DNA of 59,894 nucleotides, the filler included, from Sphacelaria rigidula (lineage: Eukaryota): NCBI GenBank assembly GCA_964200075.2. It is 3 parts of 3 records of this genome, joined end to end, with 100 filler letters (N's around TTAATTAATTAA, not from the genome) between each part and the next. Parts side by side here need not be neighbours in the genome. Positions count along the whole stretch, not along the records: positions 1 to 19,900 come from CAXNAA020000592.1; 2 more parts are not named here. One strand, 5' to 3'. Below are positions 1-12,300 of the stretch, piece after piece; the first letter of the stretch is position 1; each line of letters starts with the position of its first letter. A program made the translations under genes and the position numbers. Under the pieces are notes generated by a model. It saw nothing but the letters and a program-made list of their open reading frames with translations, had not been told where the DNA came from and did no database searches.

Positions 1-5
1 GGTTA

Positions 6-19
6 GGGGCGGTGGGGGT

Positions 20-75
<56 letters not shown>
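6..75 (+). repeat. Poly-G tract at contig start
   Basis: More than 50 consecutive G; the length may be a sequencing artefact. Confidence 0.9.
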
Positions 76-76
<1 letters not shown>

Positions 77-1385
77 GGTATGTTTCAAAAAAACATCATG
101 GAGGCGAGGAAGTGGTGGAGCACCACGGATGATATGGAGCCAGGACGGACGACTCGGGGCGGGTGTGGGCGGGCTACTAAACAGTAGTGGACGGCGCAGC
201 AGTAGTGTGTGACCACGTTGTGCCGTTACATTTCGCTGATCCACGGTTTATTTGTTTTTTTGAGGCAGATATAGCTAGCTGTTTTCTGCGACGGAGTGTG
301 CTGTCGTGGTACCATCCCCGTGTAGTCTAGGTGACATGGCAATACATGAACAACAAAGCAGGGCGATCTTATACTTCTATGTCACCTGAAAGTTTTGTAT
401 TGTTTTGGTTTGCTTCTACGTTTTTCTTGCGTTTTTCTCGTCGCCCTTTTGCAGCATCTATGTATTGATCTACTATGGTGCCACGGTAGGAGTCCGCGAA
501 AGATTTCTAAGGTCAATAGCCCTTTATCTCATCCAACAAAGACTCGTTAATATGTGAGAACGCGCCACGATTAGCATTTCAACTAGGGATATCCTGAATG
601 AATTTCAGACCGAGAATGCCCTGATCCATAATCCCATATAGCTCCCAACTATGAGAGCCCCTTAATTAGAAACATCCGGGTCCGGATGTACAACCCCTAC
701 CGTGGCATGACTCACAGGTCGACACAGATATGTTCAGAACTTGATGTACGTGACACACACCCGGCGCGTTGCTGCTGAATTATGTCTTCGATTCAATTCT
801 CAGTGCTACTACACCAACGCAATGAGAAGTTTCATGAAACCACGTGAGGTTTGTTTGACGATTAATCGCTGGTAATATGAGCCAACCCAGCCAATGCCGC
901 CCGTGACAATTTGGTTCCCGAGTCACCAGCTATTATCTCGATGCCTTGTGTGACCACTTCAACGTTGAAGAAACGCCACCAAATTGAGGAGGGAAGGCTC
1001 ATGTAGAGCATGTATTTACATGCTACATATACCGCTGTATACCTGCAACTTCTCTCAAGATATCCGTCCGAGAGCTCTATATGGCAATGCGGACAACTCG
1101 ATGGTGTACTATCGCATCCTGAAACGTGAAGGGTTGCCTGTTCTACTGCGCCGAACAAGGCAACAATTGCCCAAGAATGCAGGATCACGACAAAGAGCAC
1201 GATGCCCAGATAGACCTCAAACGTAGATTTTTCATCTTTTTGGTGACAATTTGGGGGCGGGGAGGGGGGCGGGGGCGGGGGGGAGCTATCACGGCATCGC
1301 TCGAATATACAGTACGTAGTATACATAAGTTGATCACCAGAGACTTGTCCCCCCGTCGCCGTGTTGGAACGAAACAATCAAACAG

Positions 1386-4300
1386 GAAGATACGGCAGTC
1401 GAGGCCGTGTGCGCTAGACTGGCCAAAAAACAGTTCGAGGAGGGCGAAGATATTTTCGCGGTGCAATGGAGTGGTATCCACAAGATGGCACAGACCGGAG
1501 ATATCCGCGGGCTCAGGTGCTACCTCGGTCGACGAACGCAAGTCCCATGCTGTCGTCGCAACACACTTACGCGACAATAAGACGATTTCGAAAACGTCCG
1601 ACCGACCTGGCACGTAGTGAGCTCCCGACTGAGTGTTCTTGAACGTCTCTACCAGGTTTTTCCTGGATCACACCAAGACCGATATCGAGATCCGAGACGA
1701 TCGTGGGGATACGCCTCTTAACGTAGCAGCGGCCAACGGTCAGCTCGTTGCTGTCGAGGAGCTCTGCCAGCGGGGAGCGGACGTGAACTCCAAAAACAAC
1801 AAGGTAAGCGACAAGGAGGGGCTGAATAAACCGCGCAAGTTCGGGAAATGTGCTGTCCACCTCCTCGATGACCACCTACCGCGCGTTCTGTAATACGTCA
1901 ATCTAGCAGACTAATACGCGCAGTTGTGATGCTTTTTCTTGTGGGTGTTGCACCACACCACGTCTTTGCTGAAATCATATAGCGTGATGGTCGCTTCCGC
2001 GGGAGACTGCGCTTTTCGTTAGCGACACTTTCATTACCGGTTCTTGACACAGAACGCACCCATTTGCGGACAACAACCACGTCATGTGAAGCAGCCGGGT
2101 CTTCTTTCACGGTTTGGGGTTGCTTGGCGTCCGCTGACTGACAGGAGTGGACCCCGGCTTTCAGCGCTGCATCCGCGAACCACCGCGAGACGATGACGCT
2201 TCTCCACCGCGCCGGCGCTGATCTCAAGGAGAGAGACATGACTGGTGCGACCGTAGCTCATATGGCCGCCTCTTCCAACAGCGTGCTGTCGCTCCGAGCC
2301 ATATTCAACTGCTTCGGGGACCCCGCTGTCTTGTCCATTCACGCGAATAATGGGGCGACCCCGGCGCACATAGCCGCGACCTTCGACAACGCAGAGGTCA
2401 ACGCCGATTGTCATTATGGGATTGCTTGATTTCCACCGTGCAGTGCATTGCTTTGGACCGATTGTGTATATGAAGAGAGAAATGTGTCGCTTTGATTCCG
2501 TTATGTAAACAGATAAAGGGCGAAACATGCCGCCTTCAGGCAGTACATCAATTACTTCGTGACGGTCGTGTTCTTCTCCTTTTCTCCGACGCCGTTTGTT
2601 TTTCGTTGATCGTTCCTTCGTCCCCTGTAAACGGTCGACGTTCAGGCGTTGAAAATTCTACACGAGCTCGGAGCGAATATTGACGCTCAGGACAGAATGG
2701 TGAGTGTGTGACCGTGGCAACCAAACGCACGTGCCTTGACGCCATCCTTTGTGTTGTGTGTTGCGAGCAGCCCTCGTGGTGATTCGTACAAACCAACCCG
2801 AAGCTTGACCTCCTTTTTCAACTACTTACAGCCGTGATGAGCAAAGGGAAAAACCTCGCCGCATTTGTGCTGAGTATCTATGTGTATGCGCAGGTGAGCG
2901 TTGCGGTAAGAAATTCAAGCTGCACTCCCTCCTTCTCGGTACAGACACTCGTAGCATGCTGGGCGTTGTAAAAACTTCGAATCATCCCATTATACTCACT
3001 TTCTTTACGAAACTATAGCCTGGATATGAATGTCTACATACACCATAGAAGAGTAGGGTTTTGGCCAAGAGAAATACCTATAATCACATAACTGCAATCA
3101 GATTTTCAGAACAGGTGGATAAAAGCGCTCATGTTGCAGGCTATCTTGCGATTCTCTGTTATTATAGTTTCGGAAGGTAATCGAATGTTTTATTTGTGTG
3201 TGTCAAGTATTAATCGAAATAGTGTAAACTAGATGTCGGGTAGCCGGGACGCACCCGTGCATTAGCCTGCAGATGCCTGGCACATGTTTCACTCCGATTC
3301 CAGCAGAGTTGGACACCGATTGATTCCTGCACTCTCTTCAACCAATGAAATGTCAAGGGCACTCGCTACATCGAAAACAGAGGACAAGAACAGCAATACC
3401 GTCCGTAATTTAACCCACTTATGTTGCCGCCGTCGCTGCCATGTCTCGCTTCGCTTGCTCTCTGTCGCGTCCGGCGTTCTGTTGCAACGCTTCAAAGGGT
3501 GAGACACCGGCTCACAAGGCAGCCAAGGTACATCACGTAAAATCACTCGAGTTCCTGCAGGCCGTCGGTGCCGACATGAACACGCCAAACGATGAGGTAA
3601 ACACTGGGAAATAGGAATCCTCTTCGTTGTACCTGCGTTGAGCTGCGTCTCTTCTACTTCCTCTCATCTCAATGCCTCAATCTCGATTTTTCTGGAGAGA
3701 CACATCTTTAATTAACCCTCAGCGAGGCTACTACATGCTCGTGTGTATATCGCCCAGCAGGACGCACTAGCTCCTCCTACGCGACGTACCTTGGTGTCCC
3801 GCGATTCAGCTATGCAAGGATATATGTGTATCACTTCCGTACTTGCCACCGGGAAAATGCGAACTTTTTCGATTATTCTAGAACGCTTGTAGTACAATTG
3901 TCTTTCCGCGTTTTGCCGCGATAGACCCCCATATTATGACCTCGATACTCCTGACGGTGCAGGAGTGCCGATCCAATTCCGCGATACGAGAATGTAAAGC
4001 GTGTACCGAGGGGGAGATATGCGGGGTTGATCCGGTACGACCATGGACTCGTCCCGAGGGAGGAGTAATGGCTAGAGCTGTGACGGGAAAATAACGAGCA
4101 CACTTCTGACGATAGAATGGATACAAGCTGGGCAGACAAAGAAGCAACAAGCACGTTCGACCTACTGAATATCGCGAACTCTTTTGACCCCACGGGCATC
4201 CCGGAGTACATCGCACGCCCAGTTCGTCCATCCGAAAAGTTTCAGATTTCCAGACTACACTCGCAAGGTCTGTCAGGTGCATCCTCTGGGAGGCGTTCGA

Positions 4301-5022
4301 TTACAAAGTCCAAGCAACGCGTGCCCAGTTCTTGCTCGGACGTCTGTCAGATTTTGGTTCATTTCACATCACTGACGTGACGAGGAGTAATGCGATACTT
4401 GAGTTGGCGGTTAACTCGTTGCGGCTGAGTGTATAATCACGACGAAACCAAAAAAGATGAAAACATAGGTTCTCAAGTGTAGTGTTCGAAAAACAGGAAA
4501 AGGAGTGCACACAAGATTTGTTCACTAGATGGGCAGAAAACGTCGGATTCCGCCCCAGAAGGGTCCAAAAAACGAGGTTCATAGTGGCGAGTCGAATGCA
4601 GATATCTCAACCCCCCATATCGCGGAAGAGTTTTGTAGGGGGGGGGGGAATTGTTTCCTACCCGTCTTCGGCGACCTCCGACTTCTTGTTCGCGTGTACT
4701 CTCAAATTACTCCAACTCCTACAAACGGAAATAGGCAAGTACGTCGAAGTCTTTTTGCTCGTTTTACTGGGTCCAGCCTGTGTGCACTTTTTCCACTTAC
4801 AGAAGTAGCGTGGGACAAGAACGATCTCTCTCATTGTGAACCCTTGTGCTTGATCGTACGAACAGGTATGTGGCGCCCACGCGTGGGCCAGAGTGAAAGA
4901 AGAAAATGTCGTACAACAGGATGTAATCTGAGGTATAACTTCTCACACTTCATTCCGACTGCAACGCGCAGGATGACACGCCGAAGCATCTAGCAGTGTG
5001 GTCGGGCAGGTTCGAAAGATGA
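1386..5022 (+). CDS. Ankyrin-repeat protein (spliced; 5' end unresolved). Exons 1386-1516, 1656-1803, 2145-2396, 2646-2699, 3498-3596, 4972-5022
   Basis: All exons are bounded by AG/GT and join in phase: ...WSGIHKMAQTGDIRGLR|FFLDHTKTDIEIRDDRGDTPLNVAAANGQLVAVEELCQRGADVNSKNNK|EWTPAFSAASANHRETMTLLHRAGADLKERDMTGATVAHMAA...GATPAHIAATFDNAE|ALKILHELGANIDAQDRM|GETPAHKAAKVHHVKSLEFLQAVGADMNTPNDE|DDTPKHLAVWSGRFER*. Repeated G-x-TP-x-H-x-A ankyrin consensus. Confidence 0.9.
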
Positions 5023-6970
5023 CACACCCATTGCCGTGAGATATACCAGGAGACGGATATATTCGAGACATCTCAAACCCGCTATGACTGTACAGCGGCA
5101 TCATCTAGAGCACCCGCCGCTCCAGTGACCACGAGAACACCGGGTGGACCTGTACACTGCACATTTTGGAGGCGAAGGCGCGCGGTCTGGGAGGAGGAGG
5201 GGGGGGAGGTACTCACAGGGGGAAGGGGGGTGTTGCCCAAAACCTCGCGCGATTCTGGGCATACATTGATCAGGACATCGGCCATCTCCTTCCGGCATTG
5301 ATGTGCTAAACAGAACTATGTTCTCAGAGTATTACCAACTCGTGGCTCGACTGCTTTTAAACGCTCCTCCTCTACGCAAACCGCCCAACACAAGCCCCTT
5401 TGACGGACTTTTTTTTATCAAGAGCCTAGGACCCCATCGGGGTAGGAGAGTTCTAGACAAGGAGCAGCGTCTTGCGCTGGTGGGATTGAAAGTGAGAAGC
5501 GCCAACACTAGCGCCATGGTAATGTCGCTCTGATTAAACATCAACAGCGACCTTGCGGCCAGATTTCGTGCCCGGCATTCAATTGTGTGTGAGCTTTTCA
5601 CAGAAAGACATTATTTTCCTGTGCTCCATTTGATGGATGGAACACCTACATGTCTGAATGCCAAGTGTGAATGGTGTCGATTTAACTGACCACCTACCTA
5701 GCGGCCAAAGGTTTAACACGAGTGATATTGTGGAACACGTTTCGATTCAGGGCCGTTAGCTATGCGAGTATTAATACGGAACGGTACGTTTTGTTGAACG
5801 GACACTAAAATGGCGGGAATGACGACATCACCCATCGGAACGTTCCTCTCACTAACGTGCCGTTGTAGATTCAGACCCTTCCAAAAATGTTCTTACGACG
5901 AGCACATTAAAATTCGAGTGTAGGGTACTCCCCTGTCCCGAATTTAACGAATGGTATGTTAGGTGTTTGTTTGATGTCGCACCATATACCCAACGACTAA
6001 ATCTTCGGAATACTAACCCATTGACCGCCAGGGTTGGTTATGAGGGTCACGCTGTAGCGTTTCAAGCTAAACGTGATTATTGTGATTTCACAAATGGACG
6101 ACTCCTGCGCTATGTGTCCGTTTATAAAATCGGCAGCATTTTCACTTCCGTCTCAAACGAAAATTGGTTGAAAAGCTCACACTCAATCAAATGCTGTTCA
6201 CTTCATCTGGCGAAAAGGTTGTTCAACGCCATTATATACAGCACATACATGCGATACTTTTGTTATTTCACGAAAGGGCATGATGTTCCACTTGGTAACT
6301 CGTCGTAATTTCCACAGCGGGATGAGCTCTCAGTAACGTACGTCCTCCCGGAGACCACGAAATGCGTGAAGCTTCAGATTTCACGTGACCACGTCACTGG
6401 ACGGAAACACAGGGAAGTGAAAAAAATGTCATCAACGTCAGCTATGGTGGAAACATAAAACATCGTGTTTGAAGAGAAACAGTCGCCGTGACTATTTAAT
6501 TTAACATCAGCCTCGATCATTTTATAATAAATTATTTGATCGGTTACCGCAGGTATAGGATACCGCTGTGTGGGCGTCAATTTGGGTACACGACAACCTT
6601 CCACAAATAACGAGTATCACGCCAGGAAGCACAAAAAGCAACGCTGAGGAACGATACGCTGTTCCTGTTTCCATCCCAATACTTGCTGCGAGGGTCTGGA
6701 CGCTGGGTGTTAGGATGTGGGAACCTACTCGAAAACTGAGTGCATGCGTGTATGTAAAACGCTGGTCTAGGCCAATAACATGCAAGGATTTCGGCCAATC
6801 ATATCCTGGAGCGCCATGATCCGGCACTTATCATTTCTGGCTGAAGGATTCAAGAAATTACCAGGACTGTGATGTACACGAGCCATACATGTGCAGTGCA
6901 AAAATTAGCTGGCATAATTCTGTTGAATGTCAGCACGATGTATCGGGTGAGAAACATGCGCATGTATGAC

Positions 6971-7042
6971 GGCAGCTATGCTTTCACACGCATTGGCAGT
7001 TATGCTCCCACACGCTTTGGTCGTTATGCTCCCACGCGCTTA
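6971..7042 (+). repeat. 24-bp minisatellite x3
   Basis: GGCAGCTATGCTTTCACACGCATT / GGCAGTTATGCTCCCACACGCTTT / GGTCGTTATGCTCCCACGCGCTTA. Confidence 0.85.
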
Positions 7043-7204
7043 CCGCTTGGGAGAATGCCAACTGGCACAAAAACTAAGCAAAGGTAACTTTGTAGCACAT
7101 GTGGAAAGCCTCAGGAGGAGCGGGGAAGCTAAGGTCTGTCGTTATTTCGCGTTGCGTGACGACGGCGTGGGGATCGCAACTGTTGAGTGCAAGCGTTCAG
7201 GTGA

Positions 7205-8015
7205 AGGTTTCAAGTCTTGGGTGGAAGCTTCAACTTAGAACTTGAATCTCGATCTGAAAGTTCAAATTTTTCCAGTTTAACGAACCTTCCATTTTGAGGT
7301 CGACTTCGAGTCAAACCCACCACCACTTGAAAATCAACTTTCAAGTTAAACGTTCTAAGTAAGCTCCCTTGACCGCTAGTGCGGGCATCTGGGTCTCGCA
7401 CACAATTTCACGTGAAAACGATGCCGGCTCAACAGATTACCCACACTTGTGGTCGAGCGGGTCTAATTTGGGGCCTTCATCTTTAACATTCAACTTGAAA
7501 CGCGTGAAACTTGACCTTGAAGCTCGAACGTTCAATGAACGATGTTGCAAGTTACATCACCTGGACCATCTTCGACTCTTCAATTGAACGTGATCCGACG
7601 TCTAAGCTGAACGTCCATCCCGAACGTTCATGTGAACCCTTCACCTTCAGACATTCAAGCTATCGAATGGACGTCCGACTTTACCATTGAAAGTTGAACT
7701 TCCAGGTCTTACCTTCAAAACAGTCTGGTCTGACTTCTAGATCAAACGTTCATCTCAAGGTCCGAGTTTTGTGGCAAATCTTCATGAAGGTCAAGTCGGA
7801 CGTTCACGATGATGGTCCATACCTTAACTCTTCACGATGATGGTCCAACACTTAACTCGAACGTTCAACTTGAAGGTTTAGCTTTGAAGTCGACGTGTAA
7901 ATCGAAATTCCAATCTCACGGTGAACTTTTCCCCCCAAGTTGAATGGCCTAGAATTGTAGCTTGAAAACTCAGCATCTAGCTAGAACCTTTACCTGAACA
8001 TTTGAATTTGAAATC
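7205..8015. repeat. Degenerate array of short palindromic motifs (TTCAACTTGAA / GAACGTTC)
   Basis: Many TTCAA, TTGAA, AACGTT and AACTT(G/T) words in both orientations over ~800 nt. Contains the local duplication TTCACGATGATGGTCCA x2. Confidence 0.7.
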
Positions 8016-9378
8016 AAGTATATGGCAACCAGTGTGGGTGCAGAATGAACAGACGACCACCCCTGGCAATCAAAGGGTACGCTTGTTTTCATACTCAAAC
8101 CTCCAAATAGCAGTCATGATAGTGGCGACTACGCACTTCTGCTGGCGTGGCATCCGTACCAACACTTCCGCTGGCTCAGTAGATACCGTGGGAATTACTC
8201 GGTGCAAGTCACAAGAGCAACGTGGCCGCAAGACTGTGCCCAGTTATTTGATCAAGCCGTTGTCCTCAAGCTCCGACGAGCTTTGTTTCAAAGTAACGTC
8301 AAATGCAAGTACGTGACACACGTTCACGCATGCATATGTTCCTTCTTGCACCCAAACTGTCTTGCGTATGAAAGTGTTGATGCTTGCGTGGGGGTAGCGT
8401 GTGCGCCTTGGTCACCATAACTGTGATGGCCGGAGCCGGACGACGCACTCTGATGTTCGTTCGATGGGGTCTATCGGAAAATATTGTGGCTAGGTCCCCG
8501 CGATTGACCGCCGAGCCGTGCTACCATCACCTCGTTGGTTAAACAAATCAAGCATGCTGATGTACGTTCTCTACATTTTCACCACATCGACCGGTAGAGG
8601 ATGTCACGAGCGACTGTCGTGCTTCATACCAACGCCATCACCAGAGATAATCCTACCTGAAACGAGTCTGGCTTCGTATATGCCGCAGGAGCGGAGCATC
8701 GATCCGACCCATTCCCCCACCCGCCTGGATCCACGAGCAATCAAATGGCGCGATTTACCCACTACACCCGGGCGCACGCCCCTAATTTCCTGAGGGTGCG
8801 CAATCGCGGGTATCTAGAGCGCTTGGCCAAGACGGCGGTGTGTCTTGACGCAAAACTGGCTCGCTGGCAGCTGCTGTTCGGACCGCTGTACCCTACTAGT
8901 ATCCGATGCCCAAAACCCAGCGCGCCCGGCGAATCTCGTGCCTCTACTCTCATGTACACCTCGCATACCAAATCGAGCTCCGATTCCAGGAGGTACCCAC
9001 CTTGGCTAGAGTTCCCATGAAAGGATCAGTGTTTTTTTTTTTCTGCGGCAGCGACATCACTCTCACACCCCGTCCATATCCTAAAACCCGTGCCAAGTGG
9101 TGAGAAAGGCTTGGGATATACAGCGAAGCACCGGAGATTCTAGAGTAACATACATACATCCCCACAACAAGTTACGTGCAAACAGCAACAATATTGGTAC
9201 TCCTATGGCTACGCTTCTTCCCTGCAAGAAATTCCTCGTACTTCTGTGGGCGTCGAGCACACCTCGACGAGAAAACCTCACCGCGAAGAGCACATGCTAC
9301 GGTGAGAACCCTCGGGGTTGTGGATGCGTCCAACGCTAGCAGTCTGACTGCACGGCGTGCATCACAAACCACGATGTT

Positions 9379-12300
9379 TCACTGTGAGATCCACAGCTCC
9401 AGCCACGGCCTCCGCTCGATAACACGCTCGCCGTTCACACGCCAGTCTGCGATGGCTTTGGTGGTGATTTTGTCTTCGAGCGTCGCGAAACGCTCAGGGC
9501 CGAGCTTGTCCCTGACAGCTTCCAACAGGACGTCCGGGAAACCCCCCAGTCTAACGAGATCCCGAGGTGTAGCCACAGAGACTTCCTCAAGCGCCTGGTG
9601 AGGGACAGTGTTCGGGAAAGGGGGGAGTCGAGCGAAGAAGTCGCGGTGGGCACAATTGATCACATGATGTCCGCAACCTCCACAGTTTGGCGGCGGCTCC
9701 ACCAACGCGAAGCGAGAAAACGTGGAACAAATATCACGCAACATCGGCGCGGAAAGTCGAACGTCGGTGGAAGGGTTCATGTTCCGTGTGCGCGCGCAAT
9801 TCCATTTCGGAGGTCAACTCCGTGACTGTGGCAATCGGCGTTCAGCCCCATGTCTGCAAAAAGCTACTTTTTTTGCGCGCTCAACATTCTGTTGCTGCGC
9901 AAGAGAGGGAGAATAGGTGGTGCACCATGGTTCTGTATGTCCCAGACGGGTTACTTCAAACTGATGACGCTTCCCCCCATCCCCCCGCTCGCGCGCCGAA
10001 AGTGACCACCAACTTACCTCTACAACATCGTCATCGCTCCCAACAATCTCGAACATAATTTCATCCAACTCTTCGCCGCGCGCCGCCTGCACCCACTCCG
10101 ACACCTCCTCAGCATCGACCCTCTCTTCGCTCTCCTCAACTTCGGCGCAGCCGCCTCCAGCTTCTCCTCCGACGCCGGCCCCGGCGCTATCGTCTCCACT
10201 GCGGGCCACAGCCGCCTGCAGAACGCGGAGCTTGCGCGCCAGTTCGTCTTCGTCGCGGTCCGCAAGCTGTCCGATCGTCCGCACCCCGGCCGCAACCAAT
10301 AACTTCGCCGCCGACTCCTTCCCGCCTGCTACCTTCGTCAACCCTTCCTCATCTGTATCCTCATCGCCCGCTGCCGCCGCCGACGGGATATCTGGTGGCA
10401 CGTTACTATCTCCTTGGTTGTCATCTGCGACGCCGCCGGGATGTTGCTGTGCCATGGCAAGTCTGGAAAGTGCGGCGTCGGCAGCTCGCCGGCGCAGCTG
10501 TGCAGCTGCCGACGCCGCGAGTTGTGGGTCGGACGGTGCCACTGCGTTCCCTCCGGTCGTCACCTCCGGGGGTGGTGCGGTTTGCGGTTCGGTCCCAGGT
10601 GATGGTTCAGTCGCGGCACAGGCGGCATCTTCCTCCTCGCCTTGAGAATCGGACGCAATCCCTTCTCTGAAGGAAGAACAGCCAGAGGAGTAGGGCCACC
10701 AGGAAAGTTGGGTAGGCAAAATAGGGCGAGAGTGTACGTGGCAAACGTAGTAATAATAGCACACAGAGACCTAGCGTAGGCACCTCAAAGTACTTTCTAT
10801 CTCGAGTATGTACAAGTAACAGAGGTATCATACACTATCAAAAGGTACCGAACCTGCACTGGAACGAGGAGAAGTGCGATAAGGCAGGTAAGCAAGACGA
10901 GCAAATACCAGTCTGCTCACTTCTTCCCAGTGTCTGGCTGAGCCTCACACATCCAAGAGCTGATTCTTCATATCCTCCATCTCATCGTCTCGTCCCAACT
11001 CGTGCTTCTGTACCGCAATTTTTTTTTCTCAGGAATTCCCAGACATTACGTGTCTGTGCGAGTAAGTTTGTGTGTGCGGAGATACTCACGTCAGGGAAGC
11101 TCGGGGTCCCGGATACCTGGTGAAAATAAAACATCGAAAGACTCCGTTCATACAGCCTTTCTAAATATCTCGGAGCACCCGTGAGCGAAATTTTAGGGTC
11201 TGACGCGAAAATACGGCGTGAACAATCGCCCGCATGTACGTTGAAGTATACAAATGTATTCGGAATCCCCCTACTTACTTGACTTTAGTATGGTACCGAC
11301 GCTTTACCTGTACGCTTGAGCTTGACTCGATCGTTTGGGATCAGCTTTTCGAGTAACGCAACAAAACTTCGTACAAACGTTCGTTGAATTACCTCGGGAC
11401 CAAAAATGAAATTCTTAATTTTGAGCAATCTGTACTGGCTTCTGGGGGTCTTCACGCTGCGACCTCCGGAAGCCGCTAGAGAGCGGATGAATTTAGAGAT
11501 TTTGAAATATTCTCCAACGATTTTTCTTCATTCGTAGCACCTATACCTAACAAACTGCCAAGTTTGAGGATAATCGGAGTTTTCAACGAAAGTTTCAAGG
11601 GAAAACGTCAAACAGCCTCCTGGGTCTTCGTTGCATACTATCAGACATTAAAAACTCGCATCACCGAAATATCACATTTTGGGGTATAAATCGATCCCAT
11701 ACAAAACGTTTTCAAATCTGATTACTGCGATATATTCCCCAGCTAATGGCGGTTACTGAGGTTTGATCATGATGAGATCGGGTCCGAATTGAGTCGGGAA
11801 TTCGATGTTTTATTTCAGAACAGTTTGAAGGCCCCTGGTTGGCCGAGAAACACTTTTACCACCAACGCCACGGCAGAGGACGCAAGACAAAATCTGGCCA
11901 TGTCGCATTGTTCGCTTGCTCGTGGGGGTCATTATGATACCAAATATGTTTCCATCGGGTCAGTTTTGTGTTCTGTATCTAGTGTGGAAAAAATTTGAAA
12001 CATTCACCCTGAACCAACCTGTATAAAGGTGGTGCCGAGCTTGTCACGCTGCATGGAGTCTCGACCTTGTACCAGCGGCCTTTAGCTACTGCTTTCGGTC
12101 TGTCGTGTTTTTGGCTAATCTGTAAAAGGTTGAAGGTAGAGGCGGCTACCACACAGTACTGTACTATATTGTGTGTGTTGCGTGTTGTCGTCCCATCGCT
12201 TCTGGACGCCGGTCTACACCTTTCGGTATATATGGGCGCACCAGCCGGGGTCACACAGGAGGAAGGCCTACAACGGGGTGTTTTATTTTTTTGTCAGTTT

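Noticed and set aside
3711..4800. piggyBac-like element starting TTAACCCT in the ankyrin intron
   Set aside because: No matching right TIR ending AGGGTTAA could be found.
6971..7042. CRISPR-like array
   Set aside because: Contiguous tandem units with no spacers, no cas genes, and a eukaryotic context.
5300..9300. Possible retroelement integrase remnants
   Set aside because: Only vague peptide resemblance; no motif I could anchor.
10921..11007. Exon-like minus-strand segment (AG...GT; KHELGRDDEMEDMKNQLLD)
   Set aside because: In the phase required by gene 2 it hits a stop, and the flanking exons join in frame without it.
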